From an uncultured Alphaproteobacteria bacterium (GTDB taxonomy: Bacteria; Pseudomonadota; Alphaproteobacteria; HIMB59; GCA-002718135), in NCBI GenBank assembly GCA_902561355.1, contig CACEPG010000001.1, positions 28,457 through 92,456 on the forward strand: a stretch of 64,000 nt of DNA. Direction: 5' to 3'. Each line of letters starts with the position of its first letter. Positions within the stretch are counted from its first letter, which is position 1. The notes beneath the pieces were generated by a model. It made no database searches. It was not told the origin of the DNA and saw only the letters and a program-made list of their open reading frames with translations. Made by a program: the position numbers and the translations under genes. Below are positions 10,720-19,608 of this stretch, piece by piece.

Positions 10720-11844
10720 ATGAAAAAATTTTTATTAAAATATAGTAATCAAATTAATGGCTATGTTTTTATATTACCAGCTTTTTTAATTATTGGATTA
10801 TTTGGCATCTTTCCAGTTTTTTTTGGTATGTACATGAGCGTTCATAAATGGAAAGTATTTAAGGGAAGATTTCTTGGTTTCGAAAATTATCAGAAAATTT
10901 TAGGAGATATTAGTTCATTTTGGATTTTTATATTTGGATTACTTATTATGATAGCATCTTATTGGGTTTGGTCTGAATTTAAAGATAAAATGAAAAATAG
11001 ATTTTATTGTTTTGTTGTTTCACTTTTGCTTCTTTTAATAAGTCTTTACCTCATAAACAATAGTTGGTCTAATATGATGGAAAAAGGAGATGAAGATTTT
11101 CTAAATTCTCTAATTTACATTTTTTATTATTCTTTTTTTGCAATCACAACTGAAGTTGGTTTAGGTCTCTTAATTGCTTTTGCATTGTATCAGAAATTAA
11201 AAGGAAAACAGTTTTTTCAAATGATACTTTTATTTCCTTACATAACTCCTGCTGTAATGGGAGGAGCCGTTTTTTTTATTATTTTTGGTAAAGCTGAAAA
11301 TTCTATTTTAAATGAATTTATAGGTTTTTTTGGTTATGATCCTCAGTTATGGTTGTTTGATAAAAGAAAGATTACAGAGATATTATTTGGTATAAAAATC
11401 GAAGGTTTTTTTGCCGGACCAAGCTTAGCATTATTAACTTCGATTTTATATGGTGTATGGTCATATACTGGTTACTATGCAATAATACTATTAGCTGGTT
11501 TATCAATTATTCCATCAGATTTATATGAAGCTGCTAAAGCAGAGGGAGCATCTAGATGGCAGACTTTTATGAAAATTACTGTTCCGTTGTTAATGCCAAT
11601 AATATTTTTTTTATTATTAACTGGTTTTATTAATTCATTTCAAGCATTCAATCATATTATGGTCATGAAAACTTCATCAGCTGGTGAGACTATGGATGTA
11701 GTTACTATTGAAATATTTGATCATTTTTGGGATAGAGTTAAATTTGGTTATGCGGCGGCTGAAGGAGTAGTATTATTTATAATATTAAATGTTTTAGCAG
11801 TTTCTCAATATGTAATTTTTAGAAAAAGATTAAACTATGATTAG
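10720..11844 (+). CDS. CUT1-type (sugar) ABC transporter permease
   Basis: EAA loop LYEAAKAEGASRWQTF and multiple TM helices. Confidence 0.9.
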   Translation: MKKFLLKYSNQINGYVFILPAFLIIGLFGIFPVFFGMYMSVHKWKVFKGRFLGFENYQKILGDISSFWIFIFGLLIMIASYWVWSEFKDKMKNRFYCFVVSLLLLLISLYLINNSWSNMMEKGDEDFLNSLIYIFYYSFFAITTEVGLGLLIAFALYQKLKGKQFFQMILLFPYITPAVMGGAVFFIIFGKAENSILNEFIGFFGYDPQLWLFDKRKITEILFGIKIEGFFAGPSLALLTSILYGVWSYTGYYAIILLAGLSIIPSDLYEAAKAEGASRWQTFMKITVPLLMPIIFFLLLTGFINSFQAFNHIMVMKTSSAGETMDVVTIEIFDHFWDRVKFGYAAAEGVVLFIILNVLAVSQYVIFRKRLNYD

Positions 11845-12682
11845 TTTTCATAAAAAAGAATTAATCATTCCATATATAATATTATTTATAATGATGTTTC
11901 TTTCAGTTTACCCATTATTATATATGATTAGTGTTTCATTAATGACTTCGGGAGAAGCTTCTAATCAATATATCTTACCTAAGGTGCCTAGATTTGAAAA
12001 TTATATTGAAGTTTGGACTTCTAACAATTTTCAACAATATACTCTTAACAGTATAGTCATAAGTGGATTAATTGTTGTTGGCGTTCTTAGTACAAGTATT
12101 CCAGCAGCTTACGCTTTTGCTAAAATTGAATTTCCATTTCGAGATGTCATTTTTTATTCACTATTACTGTCCCTTATGATACCTGAAATTATAGCTCTTC
12201 TTCCTCATCTTTTAATTATCAGAGGAAATATTTTCCCTTTACCCTTTGGCCCATCATGGATGAATTCATTACAAGGTTTGACAATTCCTTTTTTTGGTAA
12301 CGTATTTATTATCTTTCTACTACGACAATATATAAAAAAAATTCCAAATGAATTATGGGATGCTGCTAGAATGGATGGAGCTTCGCATTTTTATTTTTTA
12401 CGTAAAGTAGTTATTCCAATGAGCATGCCAATTATTGTTACTGTATCTTTATTTGCATTCATATTAGCTTGGAATTCATTTGCTTGGCCATTACTGATTT
12501 TAACAAAAGAGGATTGGTTCCCAGTTACAGTATCAATTTATAGCTTTATAAGAGAAGCAGGAACACAATATAATTTATTAATGGCAGCTTCTTTAATATC
12601 AATTTTCCCAGTTCTTCTTTTATATTTCTTTACTCAAAGATTATTTTTAGAGAGTATTTCGAATTTTGGACTAAAACAGTAA
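11837..12682 (+). CDS. CUT1-type (sugar) ABC transporter permease
   Basis: ELWDAARMDGAS and AWNSFAWPL. Confidence 0.9.
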   Translation: MISFHKKELIIPYIILFIMMFLSVYPLLYMISVSLMTSGEASNQYILPKVPRFENYIEVWTSNNFQQYTLNSIVISGLIVVGVLSTSIPAAYAFAKIEFPFRDVIFYSLLLSLMIPEIIALLPHLLIIRGNIFPLPFGPSWMNSLQGLTIPFFGNVFIIFLLRQYIKKIPNELWDAARMDGASHFYFLRKVVIPMSMPIIVTVSLFAFILAWNSFAWPLLILTKEDWFPVTVSIYSFIREAGTQYNLLMAASLISIFPVLLLYFFTQRLFLESISNFGLKQ

Positions 12683-12694
12683 TTGTTAACAATT
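12681..12694. promoter_or_regulatory. Candidate operator palindrome AATTGTTAACAATT upstream of the binding-protein gene
   Basis: Perfect 14-bp palindrome at the start of the intergenic gap. The AT-rich background weakens its significance. Confidence 0.3.
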
Positions 12695-12767
12695 TTCTGT
12701 AATGAAATAGTAATAGAATCATAGTATTTTTTATTTAAAAGTTTATTCTTATATTAGGGGTGTGATT

Positions 12768-14096
12768 ATGATTTATAAATTATTGACTAAGGTTGTTTTG
12801 GTAACAACATTTTTATTTTCTTCTCAATTATTAGCAGTAACAGCTGCAGATATTGAGAATGCTGATCCAAAAGGACAAACTGTGGAGTTTTGGGTTCAAT
12901 ATTCTGATGAGCGTCTTGAATTTATGAAGGCTAGGGCTGAAAGATTTGAGGCTGAAACGGGAATTAAAGTTAATATTACCTATAAAGGTCATTACGGAAA
13001 AGTTCAGTCTGCTATGATGACATCTGCTGGAACACCAGATCAAGCTGATGTAGCAAGAGGATACGGTAATGCTGCAGCAGACATGTATCAAATTGGTGCT
13101 GCAATGGACCAAAGTATACTAGCAAATAGTAAAAAATGGGGCGTCACTCAAGAAGATATAGATGATTGGGGGGCAAACTGGTCAGTAGGATTTTCAGGTT
13201 ATTTTGATGGCAATCCGAAATTATTACATGAAGTAGGTAAATCTATTGAAGTTGTTTATTACAATAAAGATTGGTTAAATGAATTAGGTTTATCAGAGCC
13301 TAAAACTCCAGCTGAATTTGCTGAGGCTGCATGCGCTGCAACTAATAGTAATTTTAGTGGAAAAGTTGGTGATACTCCAAGTCTTGGTTATGAAATAGAT
13401 ACTGATGCTAGTAATTTTGCAGCATGGGTATTTGCACATGGTGGTGACGTTTTTGATTATGACACAGGTCAATATATCTTAAATGGACCTGCTGCTGTAG
13501 CTGCTATGGAATTTATTCAGGGTATGGCTAATAAAGGTTGTGCACAAGTAACAAGAGATAAATATGCAGATCAACAATATCTTGGCATGGGTTCAAATTT
13601 ATTTGCTTTGGGATCAACTTCTGGAATAACTTATTTTCAAAGTGCTATTGAAGATGGGTATAATGGCAGTTGGGAAATTTCTGTAGTACCACATACTACT
13701 TCTGAACCTGTAATGAATTTATATGGTGGTGGTTTAATTATGGGTAATACGGGAAATGTAAATAAAATGGTAGCTGCTTACCAGTGGATGAAATATATTA
13801 CTAATACGGAAAATTCAGCTGTATGGTCTACTGAAAGTGGTTATGGTTTTGTTCGGTCTTCATCTGCAGACCATCCTTTAATTGTTGCTAAGAGAAATGA
13901 TCTTCCTCAATATGATAGATCACTTGGATTAATTAAATATGGTAAAGGTGAGCCTTCAGTACCTGCTTATTATTCTGTAAGAGGTGAAATTGAAAAAGCT
14001 TATGCAGCGATTATTAATGGTGACGATATAATGTCTACTCTTAATGGGTTAAATGATGAAGCTAATGCAATTTTAGCTGATGCAATTGAAAATTAA
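12768..14096 (+). CDS. ABC transporter extracellular solute-binding protein (family 1)
   Basis: Signal peptide, VVYYNKDWL, PKTPAEF, acidic composition. SD-like AGGGGTG favours ATG 12768 over GTG 12762. Confidence 0.88.
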   Translation: MIYKLLTKVVLVTTFLFSSQLLAVTAADIENADPKGQTVEFWVQYSDERLEFMKARAERFEAETGIKVNITYKGHYGKVQSAMMTSAGTPDQADVARGYGNAAADMYQIGAAMDQSILANSKKWGVTQEDIDDWGANWSVGFSGYFDGNPKLLHEVGKSIEVVYYNKDWLNELGLSEPKTPAEFAEAACAATNSNFSGKVGDTPSLGYEIDTDASNFAAWVFAHGGDVFDYDTGQYILNGPAAVAAMEFIQGMANKGCAQVTRDKYADQQYLGMGSNLFALGSTSGITYFQSAIEDGYNGSWEISVVPHTTSEPVMNLYGGGLIMGNTGNVNKMVAAYQWMKYITNTENSAVWSTESGYGFVRSSSADHPLIVAKRNDLPQYDRSLGLIKYGKGEPSVPAYYSVRGEIEKAYAAIINGDDIMSTLNGLNDEANAILADAIEN

Positions 14097-14115
14097 TTAA
14101 TTTCTTTATATCTTT

Positions 14116-14143
14116 AAAGGGTGGTTTATAACCACCCTTTTTT
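14116..14143 (+). terminator. Intrinsic terminator after the binding-protein gene
   Basis: AAAGGGTGGTT-TAT-AACCACCCTTT followed by further Ts. Confidence 0.8.
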
Positions 14144-14146
14144 ATT

Positions 14147-14710
14147 ATGATAATAGTTTGTTCTCTTAAAGACTTGCCTGCAGTATGTGAAAGCGTAAAA
14201 CCAAAATATTTAATTTCTGTTATTGATCCGGGTTATGCACCAGATACTCCTAAAACTGTTCAAAAACATCTTAAACTTGGTTTTGATGATATTTTAGAAA
14301 TAAGTCCTAATAATCATATTTTTAGACTTAATACTGATGAAATTCCTCAATTACCTCCAAATCAGTCACATATTAATTCGATTAAAAAATTTACTGAATC
14401 ATGGGATGCTAAAGAAGACATAGTGATTCATTGTTGGTGCGGTGTATCAAGATCCATGGCAACAGCTACGTATTTAATGTGCAAGAAAAACCAAGCAAAT
14501 ATTGAGAATAATATAAAGTATATTCGTTCTATTGCACCTCATGCAAATCCAAATAAACTTTTAATTAAATTATTTGAGGATATTCTTGGCACTGAAGGGC
14601 AAATAGCAAACTCATATGAAAAATATCCGCATACAAAAACATATGATTGCTCTTCAAATTTTGCTCCGATTACACTATTTAATTATGAGGAAATGTTAAA
14701 ATTTAAATGA
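14147..14710 (+). CDS. CX5R cysteine phosphatase (predicted tyrosine/dual-specificity phosphatase family)
   Basis: IHCWCGVSRS P-loop, FDDI general-acid loop, ANPN. Confidence 0.8.
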   Translation: MIIVCSLKDLPAVCESVKPKYLISVIDPGYAPDTPKTVQKHLKLGFDDILEISPNNHIFRLNTDEIPQLPPNQSHINSIKKFTESWDAKEDIVIHCWCGVSRSMATATYLMCKKNQANIENNIKYIRSIAPHANPNKLLIKLFEDILGTEGQIANSYEKYPHTKTYDCSSNFAPITLFNYEEMLKFK

Positions 14711-15222
14711 AAGAATATGTAAGAACAATATTAGACTATCCTGTCAAAGGTATTCAATTTAGAGACATTACAACTCTCTTGCAAGATGCTGGTCATTTTA
14801 AACATGTGATTGATGAAATGACTGAGCCATGGAAAAATAATTCAATTGACGCTGTGTTGAGTATTGAATCAAGAGGTTTTATTATGGCAGGAGCGATTGC
14901 ATACAATATAGGTGCAGCTTTTATTCCACTAAGAAAACCTGATAAACTTCCAGGAGCGACTTATAAAGTTTCATATACTTTAGAATACGGCTCTACTGAA
15001 ATGCATATACATAAAGATGCTTTAGATAATCATAAAAATTTATTAATTATTGATGATTTACTTGCAACTGGAGGTACTGCATTAGCTGCAGTAGATTTAA
15101 TTGAGAAATTTGAAAATAAGAATATTTTAGGTGCTGGTTTTATTATAAATCTTCCAGATTTAAAAGGTGACAAAAAACTTAAAGAAAGAGGAATTAATAT
15201 TCACTCATTAATGGATTTTTAA
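14707..15222 (+). CDS. apt: Adenine phosphoribosyltransferase
   Basis: GIQFRDITT, IESRGF, RKPDKLP, LEYG, IIDDLLATGGT. Confidence 0.95.
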   Translation: MKEYVRTILDYPVKGIQFRDITTLLQDAGHFKHVIDEMTEPWKNNSIDAVLSIESRGFIMAGAIAYNIGAAFIPLRKPDKLPGATYKVSYTLEYGSTEMHIHKDALDNHKNLLIIDDLLATGGTALAAVDLIEKFENKNILGAGFIINLPDLKGDKKLKERGINIHSLMDF

Positions 15223-16358
15223 TGAATGCTGTTCTTGTAGGTTTTAAAAGATCACCCTTTACAATAGCTAATAAGGGTTTGTTATCCAAAATAAGACCTG
15301 AAGATATTTTATCTCAAGTAATTAATGATTTAGTAAGAACAACAAATATTATCAAAGATGATATTGAAGATATAATAGCAGGTTGTGCATACCCAGAAGG
15401 TGCACAAGGTTACAATATTGCAAAAATAGTTTCTTTTATGACTGATATGCCTGAACATGTTGGAGGTATGACAATAAATAGATGGTGTGGATCTTCTATG
15501 CAGGCAATTCATAGTGCTGCAGGCGCAATTGTTATGAATTCTGGAAAAGTTTTTATTTGCTGTGGTATAGAGTCTATGACTTCTGTTCCAATAAACGGAC
15601 TACATTATACACCACACCCTGAGTTATTAATTAATCAACCAAATGTATACCTATCAATGGGTTTAACTGCTGAAAATGTAGCAAAAAAATATAATCTTTC
15701 TAGAAAAGAGCAACAAGAGTTTGCAATTAATAGTCATGTTAATGCTGCTAAAGCTCAATTATCTAAAAGTTTTGATAAAGAAATAACTATTATTAAAAAA
15801 GATAATATTGAAGTGAAAAGTGACGGTGGAATAAGACCAAATACATCCCAAGAAATATTAAATAATTTAAAGTTAGTTTTTGATGAAAAAGGAACTATTA
15901 CAGCCGGTACTGCCTCTCCTTTAACTGATGGTGCTGCTGCAACTTTAGTTTGTGAAGAGGAATATGCTAAAGCTCATAGATTGCCTATAATAGCTAGGAT
16001 AAAATCTACTGCTATTCAAGGCTGTCCTCCTGAATTAATGGGATTGGGACCAATTAATGCATCAAAAAAAGCTCTTAAAAGAGCTAATCTAGAAATTAAT
16101 GATATTGATATTGTTGAATTAAATGAAGCTTTCGCATCTCAATCTATTGCTTGCTTGAAAGAACTTAAAATCAATCCTGAAATTGTAAATATAGAAGGTG
16201 GTGCCATTGCTTTGGGACACCCTTTAGGTGCAACAGGTACTCGTATAACTTCAAAAGCTGCTTCATTAATGATTAAACATAATAAAAAATATGCTTTAGC
16301 AACACAATGCATAGGTCTTGGACAAGGTATAGCAACAGTGTTAGAAAGAGTCGATTAG
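15222..16358 (+). CDS. Thiolase (acetyl-CoA C-acyltransferase)
   Basis: NRWCGSS, NEAFA, GHPLGATG, CIGLGQG. Confidence 0.93.
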   Translation: MNAVLVGFKRSPFTIANKGLLSKIRPEDILSQVINDLVRTTNIIKDDIEDIIAGCAYPEGAQGYNIAKIVSFMTDMPEHVGGMTINRWCGSSMQAIHSAAGAIVMNSGKVFICCGIESMTSVPINGLHYTPHPELLINQPNVYLSMGLTAENVAKKYNLSRKEQQEFAINSHVNAAKAQLSKSFDKEITIIKKDNIEVKSDGGIRPNTSQEILNNLKLVFDEKGTITAGTASPLTDGAAATLVCEEEYAKAHRLPIIARIKSTAIQGCPPELMGLGPINASKKALKRANLEINDIDIVELNEAFASQSIACLKELKINPEIVNIEGGAIALGHPLGATGTRITSKAASLMIKHNKKYALATQCIGLGQGIATVLERVD

Positions 16359-16360
16359 TT

Positions 16361-18145
16361 ATGCAAGTTTATAAAACTCCATTAAGGGAATATAAGTTTT
16401 TATTAGAAGATTTTCTAAATTTAAAGGAAGATAAAATTCTAACTAATAGAAGTTTGGAAATTGATGATCTACTTATGATCCTGGAAGAAGGTTCTAAAAT
16501 GTGTGAAGAAACACTTTTACCTTTAAATATTACAGGTGATTCAGAAGGCTGCACATTTAGTAATGGTACGGTAATTACACCTAAAGGTTTTAAAGAGGCA
16601 TATAAAACTTTCTCTGAAAATGGATGGCAGGGAGTAAAAGTAAAAGAGAAATATGGAGGTCAAGATCTCCCATATATTATGAATATGTTTTTAGATGAAA
16701 TGATCAGTTCAACTAATATGTCCTTTGGACTTTATCCTGGTTTAACTGCTAATGCTATTGATGCAATTGAAAAGAATGCCAGTGAAGAATTAAAACAAAT
16801 TTATTTGCCTCATTTGACTTCAGGAAAATGGACAGGCACAATGAATTTAACTGAACCTCAATGTGGAACAGATTTAGGTCTAAGTAAAACAATGGCTAAA
16901 CAAAACAATGATGGATCCTATAGTATTACAGGAACAAAAATATTCATTACCTGTGGTGAGCATGATCTAAGTGAAAATGTAATCCATTTAGTCTTAGCTC
17001 GAACTCCTAATGCGCCTGAAGGAATTAAAGGTATTAGTCTTTTTTTAGTACCTAAAATAATTCCTGAGAAAGATGGAACTCTTAAAATAGCAAATAATGT
17101 AAAATGTGGCTCAATCGAAAAAAAAATGGGAATTAAAGCAAGCCCCACATGTGTAATGCATTATGAAGATGCAAAAGGTTGGCTTGTGGGTGATTTAAAT
17201 AAAGGCATGAAGGCTATGTTTATCATGATGAATGGTGCTAGATTATTTGTAGGTATTCAAGGTATTGGTCTTTCTGAAACATCATATCAATCAGCTCTTC
17301 ATTATGCAAAAGAGCGTCTTCAGGGAAAATTACCTGAAAGTAAAAATGTTGCTGATCCAATTATTGTTCATCCAGAAATTAGAAAAAATTTAATGTTAAT
17401 GAAGTCTGTTAATGATGGAATTAGAGGCTTAATGCTTAAAGCTGGAAATGCTTTTGATATAATTGATTCTAATCAAACTTCAAAACTGACTCAAACTTCT
17501 GAAAATTTAATTGCTTTATTAACCCCAATCCTAAAATCTTTTGCTACTGATAAAGCATTGGAGATTACAAATAACGCTTTACAAGTATATGGCGGGCATG
17601 GATACATAACTGATCATGGTATGGAGCAATTAGTTCGTGATGCAAGAATACTTCCAATATATGAAGGAACTAATGGCATCCAAGCTTTAGATTTAATTGG
17701 AAGAAAATTTAATATTCATGAAGGTCAAATTATTAATGAATATTTAAGTGAAATTGAAGAATTTTTAATCTCCATTAATGATGATCAAAATATGATCAAG
17801 TTTATTAAGTTATTTAAACCTTCTTTCATAGATTTAAAAGATTGTGTCAATTTTATAAAGGAAATAGATATAAACAATACAAAAGAAATCAATTCGCATG
17901 CTATGGATTTTCTAAATATCTTTGCGCTTGTAGCTGTTGGATATACTTGGCTTCAATTCATTAAAATTTCTCAAGATAAAATTAAAAAAAAAGATGATAT
18001 TTTTTATTTATCAAAGATACAACTAGGAGAATTTTTTATGACAAAAGTAATTTTTGAGACAAAAAAATATAAAAATAATATTTATTCTTCTGGAAATTTA
18101 TTTAATCAATTTTCAGACAATTATTTTGAAACTGGAAGTTATTAA
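16361..18145 (+). CDS. Acyl-CoA dehydrogenase, ~590-aa type that includes DmdC
   Basis: GTMNLTEPQCGTDLG, GTKIFIT, KKMGIKASPT, GGHGYI, IYEGTNGIQALDL. Start placed at ATG 16361, just after the thiolase stop. Confidence 0.9.
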   Translation: MQVYKTPLREYKFLLEDFLNLKEDKILTNRSLEIDDLLMILEEGSKMCEETLLPLNITGDSEGCTFSNGTVITPKGFKEAYKTFSENGWQGVKVKEKYGGQDLPYIMNMFLDEMISSTNMSFGLYPGLTANAIDAIEKNASEELKQIYLPHLTSGKWTGTMNLTEPQCGTDLGLSKTMAKQNNDGSYSITGTKIFITCGEHDLSENVIHLVLARTPNAPEGIKGISLFLVPKIIPEKDGTLKIANNVKCGSIEKKMGIKASPTCVMHYEDAKGWLVGDLNKGMKAMFIMMNGARLFVGIQGIGLSETSYQSALHYAKERLQGKLPESKNVADPIIVHPEIRKNLMLMKSVNDGIRGLMLKAGNAFDIIDSNQTSKLTQTSENLIALLTPILKSFATDKALEITNNALQVYGGHGYITDHGMEQLVRDARILPIYEGTNGIQALDLIGRKFNIHEGQIINEYLSEIEEFLISINDDQNMIKFIKLFKPSFIDLKDCVNFIKEIDINNTKEINSHAMDFLNIFALVAVGYTWLQFIKISQDKIKKKDDIFYLSKIQLGEFFMTKVIFETKKYKNNIYSSGNLFNQFSDNYFETGSY

Positions 18146-18450
18146 TGACAATTAAAATATATAAACCATCAAAAACTTCAATGCAGTCAGGTTTAGGCAA
18201 AACTAAACTTTGGTTAGCTGAATATATATCAGATACTGATACTGTTAAAGATACATTAATGGGTTGGAACAGCTCTCTTGATACAAAAAAACAAATTAAA
18301 ATTTTCTTTGATACTAAAGAACAAGCAATTATTTGGGCTCAAAAAAATAATTATCAATATTACGTATATGAGCCCAAAAGTAGAAAAATAAAACCTAAAA
18401 ATTATGCTTCAAATTTTGATACAAATAAAAAAGAACCTTGGACGCATTGA
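18145..18450 (+). CDS. Complex I accessory subunit (NDUFS4 / ETC complex I subunit family)
   Basis: IYKPSKTSMQSG, LMGWNSS, YASNF, PWTH. Confidence 0.9.
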   Translation: MTIKIYKPSKTSMQSGLGKTKLWLAEYISDTDTVKDTLMGWNSSLDTKKQIKIFFDTKEQAIIWAQKNNYQYYVYEPKSRKIKPKNYASNFDTNKKEPWTH

Positions 18451-18496
18451 TTTAAAATTATAGTTTTATTAATTATCATATGTTAAATAGCCATAA

Positions 18497-18573
18497 GCGC
18501 TCTTAGCTCAGCTGGATAGAGCATCGGTTTTCTAAACCGAGGGTCGCAGGTTCGAATCCTGCAGAGCGCGCCA
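18497..18573 (+). tRNA. tRNA-Arg(UCU)
   Basis: Cloverleaf with GCGCTCT/AGAGCGC acceptor stem, anticodon arm TCGGT-TT-TCT-AA-ACCGA, GGTTCGAATCC and encoded CCA. Confidence 0.96.
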
Positions 18574-18574
18574 T

Positions 18575-19195
18575 TTAAATATTTGCTGTTTCTTGATCTA
18601 TATAAACATTGAAAGAAACGGATCTTCTTTCTTCATTAGAAAAAAATGGATAAACAGTATGCATCATATAGCTTGGAAAAATAAAAAGATCACCAATCTC
18701 TGGCTTTACATTATAAACTGAAGCAGAGGTTAATTGTCTATTTCCATGAATAAAAGCTATATTTCCATTTAAATTTTCCTTTTTATATGAGCTACCAAAA
18801 TCATTTGGTATTTTTGTATAAGTTACTGCAGAAATATTGCCAGTATGCCAATGAACAGGATTGTAGTCGCTTTCAAACTGACTTACAGCCCAGCATGATT
18901 TAATCTCAAAAGTTTTAAATTCTTTTCCAATAGTTGATTTTACATAATTGAATACATAATTTTTAAAAGTATTAAATAAATGTTTATCTAAGAATTCTTT
19001 TGTAATTTTAACTTCATATTTTATTTCACCTGCTAAATTATCTCCATTATATAATTCATCAATTTTATTTTGATCTTTTAATATTCCATCTACATGTGTG
19101 TTTATTAAACTTATAGTCTCATTAGGTAATTTATATTTACCGATTGCTGGTGAAAAAGGTCTAATAATTTGACCTTGTATAGTGCCGCTATTCAT
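18575..19195 (-). CDS. Putative 2OG-Fe(II) oxygenase (TIGR02466-like)
   Basis: YNPVHWH, GDLFIFPSYMMHTVYPF, ERRSVSFN. Confidence 0.8.
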   Translation of the reverse strand: MNSGTIQGQIIRPFSPAIGKYKLPNETISLINTHVDGILKDQNKIDELYNGDNLAGEIKYEVKITKEFLDKHLFNTFKNYVFNYVKSTIGKEFKTFEIKSCWAVSQFESDYNPVHWHTGNISAVTYTKIPNDFGSSYKKENLNGNIAFIHGNRQLTSASVYNVKPEIGDLFIFPSYMMHTVYPFFSNEERRSVSFNVYIDQETANI

Positions 19196-19252
19196 TATTA
19201 TATTTTACAATTAATTGTTTAATTATCAAGCAATCTATTTTATACGTAAACT

Positions 19253-19594
19253 ATGGAATATATTGGCTCTTGTCATTGTGAATCTGTTAAATTTACTCTT
19301 CAAACTAATTTAGAGAATGTTGGTCAATGTAATTGTTCATTTTGTAAAAGAAGAAATGCAATAATGGCATTAGAAAAAAAAGAAGCAATTAAAATTATGC
19401 ATGGAGTAGAAAATTTAAATCTTTATCAATTTAATACAAATGTCGCTAAACATTATTTTTGCACAAAATGTGGAATATGGGTTTATAGTAATAGGAGATT
19501 TGATCCTAGTGGAATTGCTGTGAATTTAGGATGTATTGATGAAATTAATACTTTTGAATTAAAAGTTAAATTAGCTGATAATATTCATAAATAA
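19253..19594 (+). CDS. GFA / CENP-V family Zn protein
   Basis: GSCHC, CNCSFC, HYFCTKCG. Confidence 0.9.
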   Translation: MEYIGSCHCESVKFTLQTNLENVGQCNCSFCKRRNAIMALEKKEAIKIMHGVENLNLYQFNTNVAKHYFCTKCGIWVYSNRRFDPSGIAVNLGCIDEINTFELKVKLADNIHK

Positions 19595-19608
19595 TTTTAT
19601 TTAAATTA

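Noticed and set aside
16307..16360. ORF-track N-terminal extensions (ACAD 16307, argS 44878, tatA 48685, anmK 57772, gcvH 60843)
   Set aside because: They overlap neighbouring genes or the SD and add no family-like sequence. Downstream ATGs fit better.
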